From assembly GCF_009914755.1 (NCBI RefSeq), contig NC_060929.1: a stretch of 64,000 nucleotides of DNA; one strand, given 5' to 3'. Origin of the DNA: the human T2T-CHM13v2.0 reference genome, Homo sapiens. Positions within the stretch are counted from its first letter, which is position 1, and every line of letters begins with the position of its first letter. A program made the position numbers and the translations under genes. Below are positions 28,410-45,336 of the stretch, in pieces. The notes below the pieces were generated by a model, which was not told the origin of the DNA, did no database searches, and worked only from the letters and a program-made list of their open reading frames with translations.

Positions 28410-29308
28410 AATTTTTGCAATCTATCCATCTGACAAAGGGCTAATATACAGAATCTACAAGGAACTTAAACAAATTTACAAGAAAAACAAAACATCAAAA
28501 AGTGCGTGAAGGATATGAACAGATACTTCTCAAAAGAAGACATTTATGCGGCCAAAAAACATATGAAAAAAGCTCATAATCTCTGGTTATTAGATAAATG
28601 CAAGTCATAACCACAATGAGATATCGTCTCACTCCAGTTAGAATGGCGATCATTAAAAAGTCAGGAAACAACAGATGCTAGAGAGGATGTGGAGAAATAG
28701 GAACGAATGCTTTTATAATGTTGGAGTGTAAATTAGTTCAACCATTGTGGAAGACAGTGTGGCGATTCCTCAAGCATCTAGAATCAGAAATACCATTTGA
28801 CCCAGCAATCCCATTACTGGGTATATACCCAAAGGATTATAAATCATTCTACTATAAAGAAACATGCACATGTATGTTTATCGCGACACTATTCACAATA
28901 GCAAAGACTTGGAACCAACCCAAATGCCCATCAATGATAGACTGGATAAAGAAAATGTGGCACATATACACCATGGAATATTATACAGCCATAAAAAGGA
29001 TGAGTTTATGTCCTTTGCAGGAGCATGGATGAAGCTAGAAACCAAACACCACATATCCTCACTCATAAGTGGAAGCTGAACAATGAGAACACATGGACAC
29101 AGGGAGGGGAACATCACACACTGGTGCCTGTTGGGGGGTGGGGGGCTGGGAAGGGATAGCATTAGGAAAAAAATACCTAATGTAGATGATGGGTTGATGG
29201 GTGTGGCAAACCAGCATGGCACATGTATACTTGTGTAACAAACTTGCATGTTCTGCACATGTATCCCAGAACTTAAAGTACAATATATATTAAAAAAAAG
29301 AGAAAAAG
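28410..29308 (+). mobile_element. 5'-truncated L1PA (L1PA7-like): ORF2 C-terminus plus 3' UTR
   Basis: ORF 28718-29032 ([15 protein letters not shown]...) is L1 ORF2p C-terminal sequence; 3' UTR tagatgatgggttgatgggtg...gtatcccagaacttaaagta and A-rich tail. Confidence 0.95.
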
Positions 29309-29504
29309 ATAGTAGCTAGTGAGTGAGCTAGGTAGGAGAGGAGTAAGACAAGGAGGAAGCCAATACCATTCTAGTCTCTGCTCAGATACCTTCTGCTAAC
29401 AATCTCCTTCTCTCTGAAAGGCAGCCCCATGCCACAGAATTGCTAACTTTTCTTAAGCAGATTTAATGTTCATCTTTATAGACATTATTTTTTGGTCAGT
29501 CAAA

Positions 29505-29605
29505 GTACAAGTTTGTTGAATGTAGGTCCTTTGCCTGTTATATTGTACTCACTGCTGACTCTCACTACCTAGAAAAGTGCCTGGCATATAATTTGTTGAA
29601 TGAAG
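29505..29605 (+). mobile_element. L2 3' terminal fragment
   Basis: cctagaaaagtgcctggcatata...atttgttgaatgaa. Confidence 0.65.
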
Positions 29606-30502
29606 TAACAAATGATGATTGTCTTCAAACACTGAATAGTCATCCGAAAGAATGTGGGTTGAACATGCCTGTGTGCACTCAAAAAAGGTAAGGAGTAGGA
29701 GTGTTCATGTGTAAAAATTTGTGTTATTAAGCTAGACATTATCCACTGTCAATGATATCCAAAGATTATTTTATTGGAATTATCTCTTATATCATGTATA
29801 TAGTAAAGACAGAGAAAAATATGTTAACAAGCGGTATCTTTGATTTTTAAGAAATAAATATTTATATTGTAGAAATGCATTTTTTTAACTGATAGTAGTG
29901 CTCTACAAATATGACAAACGAAACTATTATTAAACCAGAAGAGAATACTACAAGTTAGTATGCCGAGGCAGAGGGTAGTCTTAGGCTACGAAAATACACT
30001 GTGGTGACAATAAAAGAGATTGAACAAAATTTGCCAAGTGGAGCCCAGGCTCTTCCACTTCTACCTATGATTATGTCTAGCTGTAAAATTAGATTAAAAT
30101 GTCTTTCAGTGAATATTTGAGAAGGTCAGCACAATGGGCTCTCCATAACCCTGTGAAAATGTTCTTCTTAAGCCTTAGTCTCCACTACCTCAAGATAGAG
30201 ATCCTAAATCTGCTTCCTTATTCTAAAAGATGATGCTCCTCATCCAATAAAATCATGTGTACAAAAATCAATAAAATATTGGAAGGTAATATTTTAACAC
30301 TTAAAAATACATTGTTCCCTGTGTAATTTCAAATACAGATTATCATTCAAGCAAATTGATCCTTTATATTAATTGCTAAACACAAAAAGAAAATTCATTG
30401 GCAATATGTAACAGTGACTAATAATATTTTATATAGTCAAATTTCAGAATGATCTCTTTTTAGTAATAGCAATTTCAAGAGTCAGACACAGTGTTAGACC
30501 TT

Positions 30503-31021
30503 ATGTTAGGATCCTTCAGAGAAACAGAGCCAACAGAATGTGTATCTGTCTGTACACACACACAAACACACACACACAGGTTTTTTTTCTTGTACACACA
30601 TATTTTCTTAAAGGGATTTATTTTATGAGAAATTGTATTATGGAGGTTAAGTCTAGACCCAAGAATATTGATGGTATACTTTTATTCTGAGTCCAAAGGC
30701 CTGAAAACCAGGGAGCTGATTATGTCCTCATCCAAGTTGAAGTCCAACTCTGAAGACAGAATAAGATCATTGGCCCAGCTCTAAGACAGACAGACAGAAT
30801 GAGTGAATTTTCTCTTAGCCTTTTGTTCTGTTGGACCTTCAATGGATTGGATGAGCCTTAATCACATTAGGGAGCAAGGGCAATCTGCTTTACCCAGTAT
30901 ACAGATGCAAATGTTAATCTTTCCTTCAAACAACATATTAGACACTCTCGGGGTAATGTCTAACCAAATACCTGGGCACCCTGCAACACAATCAAATTGA
31001 CACATAAAATTAACTATCACA
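30503..31021 (-). mobile_element. ERVL solo LTR (MLT2B-like)
   Basis: cagagaaacagagccaacagaa, internal (CA)n, and the end caaattgacacataaaattaactatcaca. Confidence 0.85.
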
Positions 31022-32026
31022 GATATTAAAATTGAATCAGAGTTATAATCAATTTATAATTAAATAGCTAATTCATAATTAAACAGCTTTTATTATTTTC
31101 AGAATTCTTTAAAGGCAATTGTGATATTCTTAAAAACACTGAAAAGGCATTTTCCAAAACTTGATCCTTGCTTTAGTTTTTACATTGTGTAAGCTTATGT
31201 GCAATTTGAATGACATTTTGTACAGCTTTAACAACAGCAAAAAAAAAAAATTCACATATATTTTCTTCTGTTGTTCTCATTACTAAGAGAAAAATTATAT
31301 GGTAATTGCACTTTCATAATACAAAAAGCCTTAAAAAGTAGTAGTTCTGACACTCAACAGCAGCTGAAAATTACTATCATATTATTTGCAACATGCTACT
31401 AAAATTGTAGCATTGCACATCGAAACTATGAGGAAATATCCATATTTAAACAAGTATTTAATCATTTACTAATAGTTTGTTTTGAAAATACATATAAATT
31501 GAGAGGTAGAAAAATGCTTTTATGCAAAGTTAAAATTAAAATTAAAGAATAGCATAAAATTTGTTTTCGAACTAGAACTTTTCTAGAATGATCAGCAATT
31601 ATTCTGAAATTATTTCCATTAGGTAATCAAGTTATTACAAATGTCAGAGAAATAAATATTTCAATGAGTAGAAAGTATGTTTTCTTCCCCTTATAATACT
31701 TATTGATCTGAGGTTATATTTAGCCAGTTTCAATATTACAGAAACATTCCACCTTCGTTTATGATCAAAAAGTTCTACTAATGAAAGGAACAATGGAAAA
31801 GAATTCTTGGATGTCATTTAGTAACCACTGTCACTATCCACATTCAAACCATTAGCCATCTAGAAGTCCTCCAGAATTGATCTCCAAAATATATGCCAAA
31901 TATGTTCTTGTTCTTTCCTCCATTTCTAATATAAGATTCTTAATCCATGACAAAATCTTCACTGGCCTCCACTGGTATAATAGCTTTCTAACTGTCTTCC
32001 TTGGTAACACTTTTTTTTTTTTTGCC

Positions 32027-32552
32027 ATACTTAGCTATTAATGAATAACAAATTACCCCAAAACTTGATGGCTAAAGAAATAATGATTTTTCCAAAGTTC
32101 ATGAGTCAACAAAACAACTAGATGTTTCTGATGATCTTGACTAGGAGGGGATTTTATGGTCATGGGTTAGACTCTGTCACGTGTCTTTCAGGCAGCTCGC
32201 TATTGGCTGATGTAGGATAACCTCAACTTAGACCGCAGGCTCTGATTCATGTGCCTTTTCATCCAGCAGGCTATCCTGCGCATCTTCTCAGGATGATTTC
32301 TGAGGTCCAAGTGAGAGACAGAACTATACAATGATTATACTGCTTAGACTCAGATCTGCGATGCTATCACTCTACTCCTATTCTATAAGCCAAAACTCAT
32401 AAGGCCAAACCAGCTTAAAGGCATGGAGAAATAGAAATGATGAGAGTTGCTGCAAAGACACGTTGCAAAGAGTGTGGATAAACACAGGAGGTCATAAGGT
32501 GGAGTGCTGAGAGTGAAGAATTGGAGTCACATTTTCTGTAAATTGACCAAAC
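32027..32552 (-). mobile_element. MaLR solo LTR (MLT1H/MLT1G-like)
   Basis: taacaaattaccccaaaacttgatggct...catccagcaggctatcct...ttgcaaagagtgtggata. Confidence 0.75.
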
Positions 32553-33106
32553 ATTCTAAAACATATTTTGTAAATAATATTCAGATTTATATTTCTAGAA
32601 GTTAAAACACTGGACTTCTCAAATCATTTAATGGCTTATTGTTATACTTATTTATATACCTACTTTTAATGGCTTATATAGAAACTATATTATACTTATT
32701 ATAAGTGTAATATACTTAATATAATACTATACCTTAATTATTTTTCTCATTATATCTAGATAAATAATAAATTACTTAGCAATAAAATTGATTCTGAACT
32801 CCTTATTAAGACATAAAGTGCCATTTATCATATGCCTTCTGTCTTCTCTGATCCTTCTTCTAAATTACTCTTATCAGAGAGCTTTTCTGTTAGTTCATCA
32901 GCATATCCTTAGTTTGTCCATGAAAAGCCTAATATATAGTAAGCACTCATTGGATGTTTGCTAAATTAATGAATAGATTAATAATTTATGTAATAGTTAT
33001 CAACATGCTGAGAAAAGCATGGTGAACGATCTTAGATATAAAGATACGGTTAGGTAATTTTTCTTCTGTGTTTTCCTGTTATTCTAGATACACATTATGA
33101 GGAAAG

Positions 33107-33402
33107 TTTTTGTTTGTTTGTTTGTTTGAGACAGGATCATGCTCTGTTGCCCAGGCAATGGTATGATCATGGCTCATGGCAGCTTCAACTTCCTGGGCTC
33201 AAGCAATCTGCCCATATCAGTGTCCGAAACAGGTGGGACCACAGATGTTTGCCAGCTTGCCTGGCTATTTTTCTTTTTTTTTAGTAGATACAGAATCTCA
33301 CTATGTTGCCCAGGCTGCTCTCGAACACCTGGGCTCAAGTGATCCTTAATCCTCAGCCTCCCAAAGTGCTGGGATTACAGGTGTGAGCCACCATGCCCAG
33401 CC
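33107..33402 (-). mobile_element. AluJ (Jo/Jr-like) with a (TTTG)n tail
   Basis: J-type cctgggctcaagcaatc and ctcactatgttgcccaggctg. Confidence 0.92.
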
Positions 33403-33852
33403 GGAAACATTTTAGAGTTTCATTTAATAGCACTCTCCTTCGTTAAATTCTGTCTCTTATGGTGTTATGATCTACATATAACCTGTTTGTCCTTAAACAA
33501 AAATTTAGACTGTTGGAAAATCTGATGCCTATTAGAGTAAGATTTCCTAGCACACAAACATTGGAATATGTCACATCAAGTTCCAAAACCTCCTTTTATC
33601 TCTATCAACATTATACTACATGCTACTCCAAATTTTAGACTTAGTTCAATAATGGATGGAAAACGTGAGAAACATTATTGAGTCAAATGACAAAATTGTA
33701 TGACTGATGATAAATTAGATAAAATATTACTTCTAAATGTACTGAGTTTGATAACTGCTGTGTTAATTTCCCTTCTGTTAGCAAACACATATTTAACCTA
33801 TTTAGAGATAAAGAGCCACAATGTTTTCAACTTCTCAGATTGTTCTAGAATT

Positions 33853-33970
33853 GTGTATGTGTGTGTGTGTGTGTGTGTGTGTTTGTGCAGAAAGAAAGAG
33901 CAATGTGGGGGGGAGAGGAAGAAAGAAGGAGGAAGGGAGAGAGGAGAGAAAGATTGAGAAGAGGAAAGGC
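33853..33970. repeat. (TG)n followed by a purine-rich low-complexity tract
   Basis: Direct reading; it explains the CVCVCV and THTH ORFs. Confidence 0.9.
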
Positions 33971-34285
33971 ATGGGAGCAATGATAAAGTACATGAATATA
34001 TGGTAAGACAGTAATAAAGTAGGTAAAACTCCCATGCATTAATTGCTGCATTATTTCTCATAAATTTTCTGTACACTTATTTTTTTACAAAAAAATTACT
34101 ATGTTATATACTTTAATAATAAACCTAGAAAACCTCTCTGCCACCGCACACTTTGTTGTCCACCCTTCCTCAATATTGCGTGCTTCACACTAAAATTTTG
34201 CCTCCATGGCTTTTGCAGGTTGTTCACATATATTAGGAACTGATTAAAGAGTTGCTTATTATTTGAGCAGGACTTACTCTGGTTT

Positions 34286-35767
<1,482 letters not shown>

Positions 35768-37989
35768 GATGGGAAGATCTAGGGTGTTTAAAAACTTAAT
35801 ACTAAAGAGGCAATTTACAGCCAGATACTATGGTACATAAGAACTTGGCATGCAAGTATTTGGAATTTGAATTTGAATATTTTCTTTTAGAACCTCCTCA
35901 CATACCCAGTTGAGTGCATATATCTTTGTTATCTCTTTGCAACTGCCTGTGATACTTCTTCCTTTACTCCGAGAAAAAGTTTTTTAATGTAATTTAGTTT
36001 TACTCTGAATTTTCACTAGTCTTCTATGGGATATTTTTGTTTATTATTTGGGGCATATTCCCAGTGTGGCACAGCAGTGTGTATGTTTGGCCAGGTTGTA
36101 ACCACAGACTTTCAGCTACTCATAGATACAGTGAGATCCCCGTAAAATAATGGAGTTTTAAATTGAGACATACTGCAAGACACCAAGCCATGTGGTGGTT
36201 TTGTTTATAGAATCTCAGTATCAGTATAAAAAGGTAAATATAAATGTTGGCATCTTTGAGGAAGTGCTCACTAACGTTTTCAACTGTTCTTTTCAAATTC
36301 TTGCTCAAATTAAATATACACCAAGCATTTACATTTTGGATCCAAAACATAATAGCAATACCATGCTATAATACATGCCTATGAATCAAAGTCAATTCAT
36401 GCATGTCAATTTTCATGATGGAGTAAAGCGTAGCTATGAACTATCAAGCTTTGAAGTCTTACCTGCTGTTGAGCATCAGACTTAATGCTCAGGATCCAGA
36501 TCTAGCTTCTGTCCTGTTTTTGTTGGCGTTGTTTGCTTGTTTTCCTGACCACTTGTCTCAATGCAGTTGTCTTCTATAACCTCATTGTCTGTTGCCTGTC
36601 ATCATATTTCTTCTTTTTATTTAGGTGTATCATTGTCAAGGAATTGCTTAACTTCCATCATATTAATATCCATTCTTTCCATCATAAGGTTTCTACTATT
36701 TACCCACTATATCCCAAATATACCTTAACAGAAGGAACTGTTGGAGAGCCCAGCTGTAAAGCAGGAAACCATATATTGCTGGCCAAGTTTTTTTCTATAC
36801 GTTATTAGAGCTAACAGCATGACAAAAATGTCCTCTCTGAAAGACAATCAGACAGTAACACTTTGATCATCAACTGAGGAAACTGGAGCAGAGCAAGATA
36901 ATGTACCCAGTTTTCAGGCCAAATCAAAATGATCTATAGCTGAGTCAATAATAGAATTTCTTATACGTAACATATGTGCCCAAGGCATCTTCTGACCCAT
37001 AATAGAAGTTTGAGCTTAGTCTATGATTATTGCAATAAAGCTAGACATATGGTTTGTTAGAACCACAGAGTCCCAGTGCTTAGGAAGTGATTTTAGAAAT
37101 TAGCCATTCTAATCAGTGTCTGAGATGCACAGATTTAAGGTATTTATCCTATACACTCAGCCATAGAACATTTCACTAAATAAGCCTAGATAAAAAATGA
37201 AATAGACACCTATCTGAATCTTAATGTAGTGTTAGTTTTATTTTTTCTAATATTTCAGCATATAAGTGGATAATTAATATTAAAGTATAAACATAGAGAG
37301 TTTTCTCTGTAATCTTGAAACATTAGTAAGAAATTTTTAGGGAAACAAGCATAATTGACAGTATACTTTTAGTAGATCTTCTTTATAATATTGGTGCCTT
37401 GTACTTAGGATACATTTGATACACATTTATGATATTAAATTGAATTCAATATTTCAGTCCTGTAAATTGAATAATCAAAGGCTTTATTTTCCCAAATGCT
37501 AACTACTACTAATTGTTGAGATGCACAATTGCAATTATACAAGCATTGAAAACTAAAAGGTCTCTGGGACACATGTTCTGTAATTTGACTATATTTTTAA
37601 AACACAACGTAATATACAATCTGTAAGCAAATTGCCTCGGAGAAGTTCTAACACTGCGAAACTTTCTAAAAGATTATTAGAAGACAATCAACTTGGAAAG
37701 ATGTTACACAGGTCTATTTGAAGTTCAATATTACTGTAACATATGTTAATTTTTCTTCAACTGTCTCTGAACATGAGTAAAACATCTTTGGACTCCAAAA
37801 AAAAATAACTAGGATATAAATAGAAAAGAAAAAAAATTGTGTTCTGCATGATGATTTCAAAATAATATTTTCTTTATTGAGAGTTGGATAATTCATAATA
37901 ATATAATCATACCCTATTTTCTTATTGACTGGAATGCGACTCCTATTAGGATACACAGTAGATCAACATTTTGGTTATTGCGTTGGTCT

Positions 37990-38395
37990 GGGAGGAGGAT
38001 TGTTGGCATTACCAGTGTTCATCAACACCTGGTGTGCCCCTCTTGCCAGGAAGCACAGAAGACTATGCTTCCTGGGCCTCTTGCACTTAGGTAGACCCCA
38101 GTTTTTGCTAAAGAACTTCACACAGAAATGATATGCATTACCTCCAGGCTGGGTAATATTTTGTCTGTTGTCTTTCATACTAAAGTGAGATGGAAATCAC
38201 ATCTTAGGATGATGGAGACATACAAAGAAAGATAACTAGATTCATGAGTCACTGCCAAGAAAGAAACTAACCAAAAGAGCCACCAGACTCCAGCAAACTT
38301 TTCTGGGTCAAAAAAATAGTCTTTTACTGTCTTAAATCATTGGAGTTACTGGAATTCAAAGTTACTGTAGAATAAAATCGTTAATCTTGCTAATA
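37990..38395 (+). mobile_element. MaLR LTR relic (MLT1J-like)
   Basis: gactatgcttcctgggcctcttgcacttagg...gattcatgagtcactgc...ttttactgtcttaaatcattggag. Confidence 0.65.
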
Positions 38396-38949
38396 ATGAG
38401 TCTTAAATCTAATTGATGGTATTTATGTAATAGAAAGCAGGCAATGAAATAAGGAAAATGTAAGAAATATAAGAAAATATTTTAAAGTTGAGAAATAAGA
38501 TCTAGGTCCACAAAATCAAAAAGTGTCTGAAATAATAACAGACATATGTGTAGTTTTTCAGAAATGATAAGATAGGAAAATAAAAAGCATTATCTGACAA
38601 AACAATGTTGCTTATTCCATAGGCATGCTTTTTCATAGAAAAATGTGTGTAAATCTGCTGTTTCCTTATGTATATGGATCAGTTTGTTAGAGTAATTTCT
38701 AAAATTTCTTTAAAAGGCAGTGTCTTCAGTTTTTGAAAACACTCACCATAGATACATGTTTACTTAATTATTGATGAATATACATATTTCTGTTTTCTTA
38801 TCTTGAGATGAAAATATTAATAGTTACCCCATTAGAAAATTGTTTTAATATTAAACAAACTGTTGTGTATATTGTTGACTGAGTTATTCTAATTTCAGAC
38901 TCTGACAGAAAATTTAGCTTGCATGATATTTTAAGTACACGTAGGGTCA

Positions 38950-39175
38950 ATCCCTGTGCAAAGGAGAAGAAAGCACAAATGGACTGAAGAAGTAGTTCAG
39001 CTGCAATGTAGGCCTGGAACAATTTCAACTGATCACTTGGGGGAACTCTGAAGGAAGAATGGCCTTTAAAGTTTCTTTTAGTAGGGCTGAAATGTCTGAA
39101 CCTTTATATCCCACCACAATCTGTCATTGGATATAGCCTGCCAAGGAAGGAAAACAGTGGCTGGGACCATATATC
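38950..39175 (-). mobile_element. ERVL LTR fragment (LTR16-like)
   Basis: gggaactctgaaggaagaatggcctttaaagtt...cctttatatcccacc...gtcattggata resembles LTR16. Confidence 0.55.
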
Positions 39176-40946
39176 CTTCATCTTCCACCAAAATATTTAA
39201 AATAATTAGAGCTGAGTATTTATACATACTTTCAAATTTTTATATTACAACAGCAAAATTTATATTCTCCATATTAATAATTACATTAAAAAACATACAT
39301 GAAAATTAAACAAGAATTCTATAAAGATAAATTTTTCTTATTCTTTACTTCAAACATCCAAACCCCATAATTCTCACTATAAATGAGAAGTCTATAGTGA
39401 AGAAAGGAGACATTATAGCTGGTTTCTTCTCTATGCAATTCTATATTCCCCTGAACTCAATAGTTGCTTTTATAGTCCCTCTTGTGTTAGGGCCAGGAGG
39501 ATAATATTTTGTAAGAAAAGATCATAAAAACATATGCATGGCTCAGTTACTTTAAATCTGGCTTCAGAATTATCTTAGTGAAATAAATCTAATGCTGACT
39601 CTGTTACCTATGAAGCATTTTGGTGCTCTTGGTTGATTCATTTCCTTGGGATATGTCTCATCTAGGTGGTCATTCCACGTATCAGTTTGTCTTACCCTTG
39701 CCTTCAGCAGTTTAATCCCATAGAGACTTTCTCTATGCAACAACTTTGCACCTTCAGGCAAGCCTTTGTGGCTAGATATCTTTAAATTTTATTCCACCAC
39801 GATTAGTTTCCGAAGGTTTCCTTGGGCATTGGGAAAACACAAGCATCCTTACGCTGAAAACCCTGAAAAGACAGATCCCAATTCAGCTGTTCCTTTTGAT
39901 TCTGATATGTCATCTCTAGCCAGCCAGCCACTTACCTTTGCGTCACTTGTCAGTTCTGAGGTTTCAGATTTCATGCCTAAAAAATATATCTCTAATTACA
40001 ATGATTCTGAGCTGCTCTCTTTGTGCTGCAGTTGTAGGTTGTAAATTCCACCCACCCCACAAAATCATAATATGAAGAGGACTTTATTAATTTCTCACCT
40101 CTTCTATATTAATTTGGTAAAATCACTTTGGAAGTAGTGCAAAAACAGCTTAGTAATATATTAAAACTTGGAACAAAGCATCTTAGCTATTGGTCCTCAG
40201 CTATAACATCAAAGGAGGAAGGATTCTATTTAATATTCTGTGATAATTTTTTGTTTCGTTCCATTTGGTAGGTGATATTTAAAAGCCAGATGGTGTAAAA
40301 TATTTGGTATGCCATTGTAACGTAGAAAACACACATCGTTTGGGAGAATCAGATATTCTTAACTCAAATGAATTTTATTAATGAGCAAATAATTACATTT
40401 AAGATGTATATAGACTTTGATGTAGTAATTCAATTTCTATGAATTTATCCTATAGGAGTATCCAAGCACATCTACACGGAACCTTCAAAACAGCATTTTA
40501 TTCTGGTGTAAAAGGGGAAAGGGGAGAGATAATTTAATTGTTTCTCAGAATGGGAGCTTTGTTTACCTTAATATATCTAAATGAAATATTATTCTGTACA
40601 CAAATTAATACATTAAATATCTATAATATTAAGAAGTCATTGTTAGTGGTAAAAGTTTTGGTGATCAAAAAATATAATGTATAATAAAATATTTCTTTAT
40701 TAGTAAATATAGCTGCATATATATATATACAGCATGTATACGTATATATATTTATACGTACATGTATTTATATGTAAATGGGAATTTTCTGAGAAAGTCA
40801 ACAAGGAATTTTTATATATATGCAGAATAATTTTTCTTTGTGATTGGAAAAGAGAGTTTTTATGTTATATATTTTAGAAGTATTTTAACATACTTTAAGT
40901 AATATATAAGACTATGGTGAATTCTTAATACTTGTTCAACAATTTA

Positions 40947-42298
<1,352 letters not shown>

Positions 42299-44860
42299 AA
42301 AAATTGAGAAGATACTGAGAAATGCTCAGGACTCAGATTAAAGTTCTGAGTTGGCAGAGAACTTTGCAGACTTTGAAAGCTGGCAAAGAACTTTCTTCGT
42401 CATGACTTTTTAAACATATTTCGGTAAAAGTTATGGTAAAAAATAAACCACTAAGATTTAAGCAAATTAAGATCACATTAACTTTGGAAGAAAACATTTA
42501 AATAATTACAGAAACAGTTTTTTTAAAGAAAATTCTGGTTTTCCTGGCATTTGAAGAAGAAAGATACATTGTGATTCCATAATTTTGATATTCAAATGCA
42601 AGGAAAAAATGCTTTGTGGAAAAATGTTCATAAAGATATGACCAAATGCTCCAGTGAAGAAATTGTAAGACTGGATTCTTTCTTTTTCCTTTCCTACTTT
42701 TTTTCAGTCTGTCCTAGAATAAATTAATCCATATTTTCAATGTGAGTAAATGCTACTTATTTTCTTAAACTATAGCACTGTAAGAAGGAATAGACAGGAG
42801 TACTAGAGGGAGATAAAATTAGATCACTTTTGATGGCATTTTAGAATGCCATTGCATGGACATTAAAATTTACTTGTTGTCTTGAGGCAATAAAATAATT
42901 TACTCCTCAACAAGTAGGCACTGAAAGTACATATCTCAAAATATTAAGAGTCATCTATGAAAAACCCAAAGCCAATACCACACTGAATGGACAAAAGCTG
43001 GAAGCATTCCCCTGGAGAACCAGGAAAAGACAAAAGTGCTCACTGTCACCACTCCTATTCACCATAGTACTAGAAGGCCTATCCAGAGAAAACAGACAAA
43101 ATAAATAAAAGATATTCAACTAGGAAGAAAGGAAGTCACAGATAATATGATACTACACCTAGAAAGCCCCATAGTTTCTGTCCAAAAGTTCCTAGATCTG
43201 ATAAACAATTTCAGCAAAGTCTCAGGAAACAAAAAAAATGTACAAAAATCAGTAGTGTTTCTACACAACAACAATGTCCAAGCTGAGAGCCAATTAAAAA
43301 ATGCAATTCCAATCACAATAGCCAAAAAAAGAATAAAATACCTAGGAACACAGCTAACAAGGGAGGTGAAAAATGTCGATAAGAATTACACAACATTGCT
43401 GAAAGAAATCAGGGATGACACAAACAAATAGCAAAACATTCCATGATCATGGATAGGAAGAAAAAATATTGTCAAAATGACCATGCTGCCCAATGATATT
43501 TACAGATTCAACGCTATTCTTTTCAAGTACGAATGACATTTTTCATATAATTAGAAAAAAAATGCTAAAATTGATTTGAAAACAGAAAAGGGCCTTAACA
43601 ACCAAAGCAATACTAAGCAAAAAGAACAAAGCTGTATGTGTTACACTGCTCAACTTCAAACTATACTACAGGGCCACAGTAACCAAAACAGCATGGTACT
43701 GGTACTAAATCAGACACATAGACTAGTGAAAGGGGTAAACAGATCCAGAAATACAGCTGTAAACCAACAACCATTTGAACTTTGATAAGGCAAACAAAAA
43801 CAGGCACTATGGAAAGGACTCCCTGTTCAATAAATGGTACTTGGTTAACAGATTAGCCATATCCAGAAGATTGAAACTGGACCTCTACCTTTCACTACAC
43901 ACAAAAATCAACTCAAGATGGATTAAAGACTCAAATGTAAAACTTAAATTAGAACTTAGAAGAAAGTCTAGGAAATACCACTCTAGATATTGGCCCAGGC
44001 AAAGACTTCATTATAAAGACTCCAAAAGCAAATGCAATGAAAACAAAAACTGACAAGTGGGACCTAATTAAATTAAAGAGTGTCTGCACAACAAAAGAAT
44101 CTATCAGAATAGTAAATAAATAACATACAGAATGGGAGAAAAATATTGACAAAATATGCCTCTGACAAAGTTCTAATATCCGGAATCTATAAGGAATACA
44201 AACAAGTCAACCATCAAAAAGCAAACATCCCCATTAAAAAATGGGCAAAGGGCATGAACAGACACTTCTCAAAAGATGACATACATGCAGCCAGCAAGCT
44301 TATGAAAGAAGCCTCAATATCATGAATCATTAGGGAAAAGCAAATTAAAGCCACAATATGAAACCATTCACTGCAGTCAGAATAGCTATTTTTAAAAATC
44401 ATAAAACGACAGATGCTGGTGAGGTTGGGGAGAAAAGGGAATGCTTATACACTGCTAGTAGGAATGTAAATTAGTTCAGTCACTGTGGAAAGCAGCCTGG
44501 AGGTTTCTCAAATAACTTATAACTACCATTTGTCCAAGCAATTCCATTATTGGGTATATACCCAAAGTAATATAAATTCATCTGTTATAGACACATGCAC
44601 TCATATGTTCATCACAGCACTAGTCACAATAGCAAAGACGTGAAATCCACCTAGATGCCCATCAGGGGTGGCTTGGACAAAGAAAATATGGTGTATATTC
44701 ACCATAGAATACAATGCAGCTATAAAAAATGAGATATTGGCCTTTGCAGCGACATGAATGGAAGTGGAGGCGATTATACTAAGTGAATTCATGCAGAAAC
44801 AGAAAACCAAATACTGCATATTCTCACTTACAAATGCGAGCAAAAATTCAGTGCACATGC

Positions 44861-45336
44861 TACATATATTTGTGTGTGTGTACATATATATATACACATA
44901 TATATACACACATATATATATACACATATATATATACACACACACATATATATATATAGGAGTTTATTAAGTATTAACTTACACAATCACAAGGTACTAC
45001 AATAGGCTGTCTGCAAGCTAAAGAGCAAGGAGAGCCAGTGCAAGTCCCAAAACTGAAAAACTTGGAGTCTGATGTTTAAGGGCAGGAAGCATCCAGCACA
45101 GAAGAAAGATATAGGCTGGGAGTCTAGGCCACTCTCTTCTTTTCACGTTTTTCTGCCTGCCTTATATTTGCTAGAAGCTGATTAGATTGTGCCCACCAGA
45201 TTATGCGTGGTCGGCTTTCCCCAGCCCACTGACTCAAATGTTAATTTCTTTTGACAATACCCACACTGACACACCCAGGATTAATACTTTATGTCCCTCA
45301 ATCCAATCAAGTTGACACTCAGTATTAATCATCTCA
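44861..45336 (-). mobile_element. 3' LTR (MLT2A1-type), outer end missing
   Basis: Aligns with 48446-48818 but lacks the tgcattagtcagggttctct terminus present at 48093. Confidence 0.9.
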
